Source of the DNA: a virus
Taxonomy: Duplodnaviria; Heunggongvirae; Uroviricota; Caudoviricetes
Direction: 5' to 3' (one strand)
IMG/VR virus record: IMGVR_UViG_3300042402_002792
Length of the DNA stretch: 64,000 bases
A model generated the notes under the pieces. It did no database searches and was not told the DNA's origin. It saw only the letters and a list, made by a program, of their open reading frames with translations. This document shows, in pieces, positions 63,960-64,000 of the stretch. The translations under genes and the position numbers were made by a program. Position 1 is the first letter of the stretch; the number at the start of each line of letters is the position of its first letter.

Positions 63960-64000
63960 GGATGAATCCCAAGTAACGTACCGAGTCCCGCTCGAGTTTA

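Noticed and set aside
61701-64000. CRISPR array interpretation of the repeated promoter units and cassettes
   Set aside because: No identical direct repeats at a constant period; no cas genes (the 9032 nuclease is a stand-alone PD-(D/E)XK enzyme)
1-64000. Stop-codon reassignment as in some jumbo phages
   Set aside because: Core genes are full length under code 11, and no suppressor tRNA is in the window

Overview
64-kb segment of a large T4-like (jumbo) myophage genome, AT-rich, standard genetic code, probably infecting a proteobacterium (Betaproteobacteria-like iscU/iscA, dadA, guaC, ahpC/ahpD and a DUF4214-type gene; host is inferred). Layout: (1) 0.2-1.4 kb small minus-strand genes. (2) 1.4-9 kb putative virion-internal/head proteins, many with a T4-IP-like N-terminal capsid-targeting motif, including two nucleotidyltransferases and an RNA-ligase-like protein. 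(3) 9-32 kb nucleotide metabolism and host-takeover genes (exonuclease, nrdA/nrdB/grx, aldolase, 5'-nucleotidase, dadA, iscU/iscA, cell-wall hydrolase, rpsU, guaC, dnaK, hsp20, clpS, heme oxygenase, bilin reductase, 2OG oxygenases). (4) 32-40 kb curli-like operon (csgF, csgG, two curlin-repeat proteins, FecR-domain protein, CHASE2 adenylate cyclase). (5) 40-44 kb desaturase, circularly permuted tmRNA, S-layer-like protein, outer-membrane beta-barrel. (6) 44-56 kb minus-strand tail-fibre genes and an S8 protease. (7) 56-61.7 kb ahpC/ahpD and modification enzymes. (8) 61.7-64 kb start of a tRNA array (11 tRNAs) under three tandem sigma70 promoters. Best candidate for a new system: the tRNA array is preceded by a ribosome-dependent attenuator whose 44-codon leader contains all 20 amino acids and almost never repeats a codon (29 distinct codons in the first 30), which would make it a pan-tRNA shortage/damage sensor. 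The array also holds a family of stem-bounded RNA cassettes (one is the intervening segment of the permuted tmRNA), two tRNAs with absent or shrunken D-arms, and a stand-alone Lys anticodon-loop mimic. Other highlights: two identical A9G -1 frameshift sites, ROSE-like thermometers on dnaK and hsp20, many apparently leaderless genes, and a 36-bp duplication bracketing an accessory cassette. All family calls are from motif recognition by eye, with no database searches.
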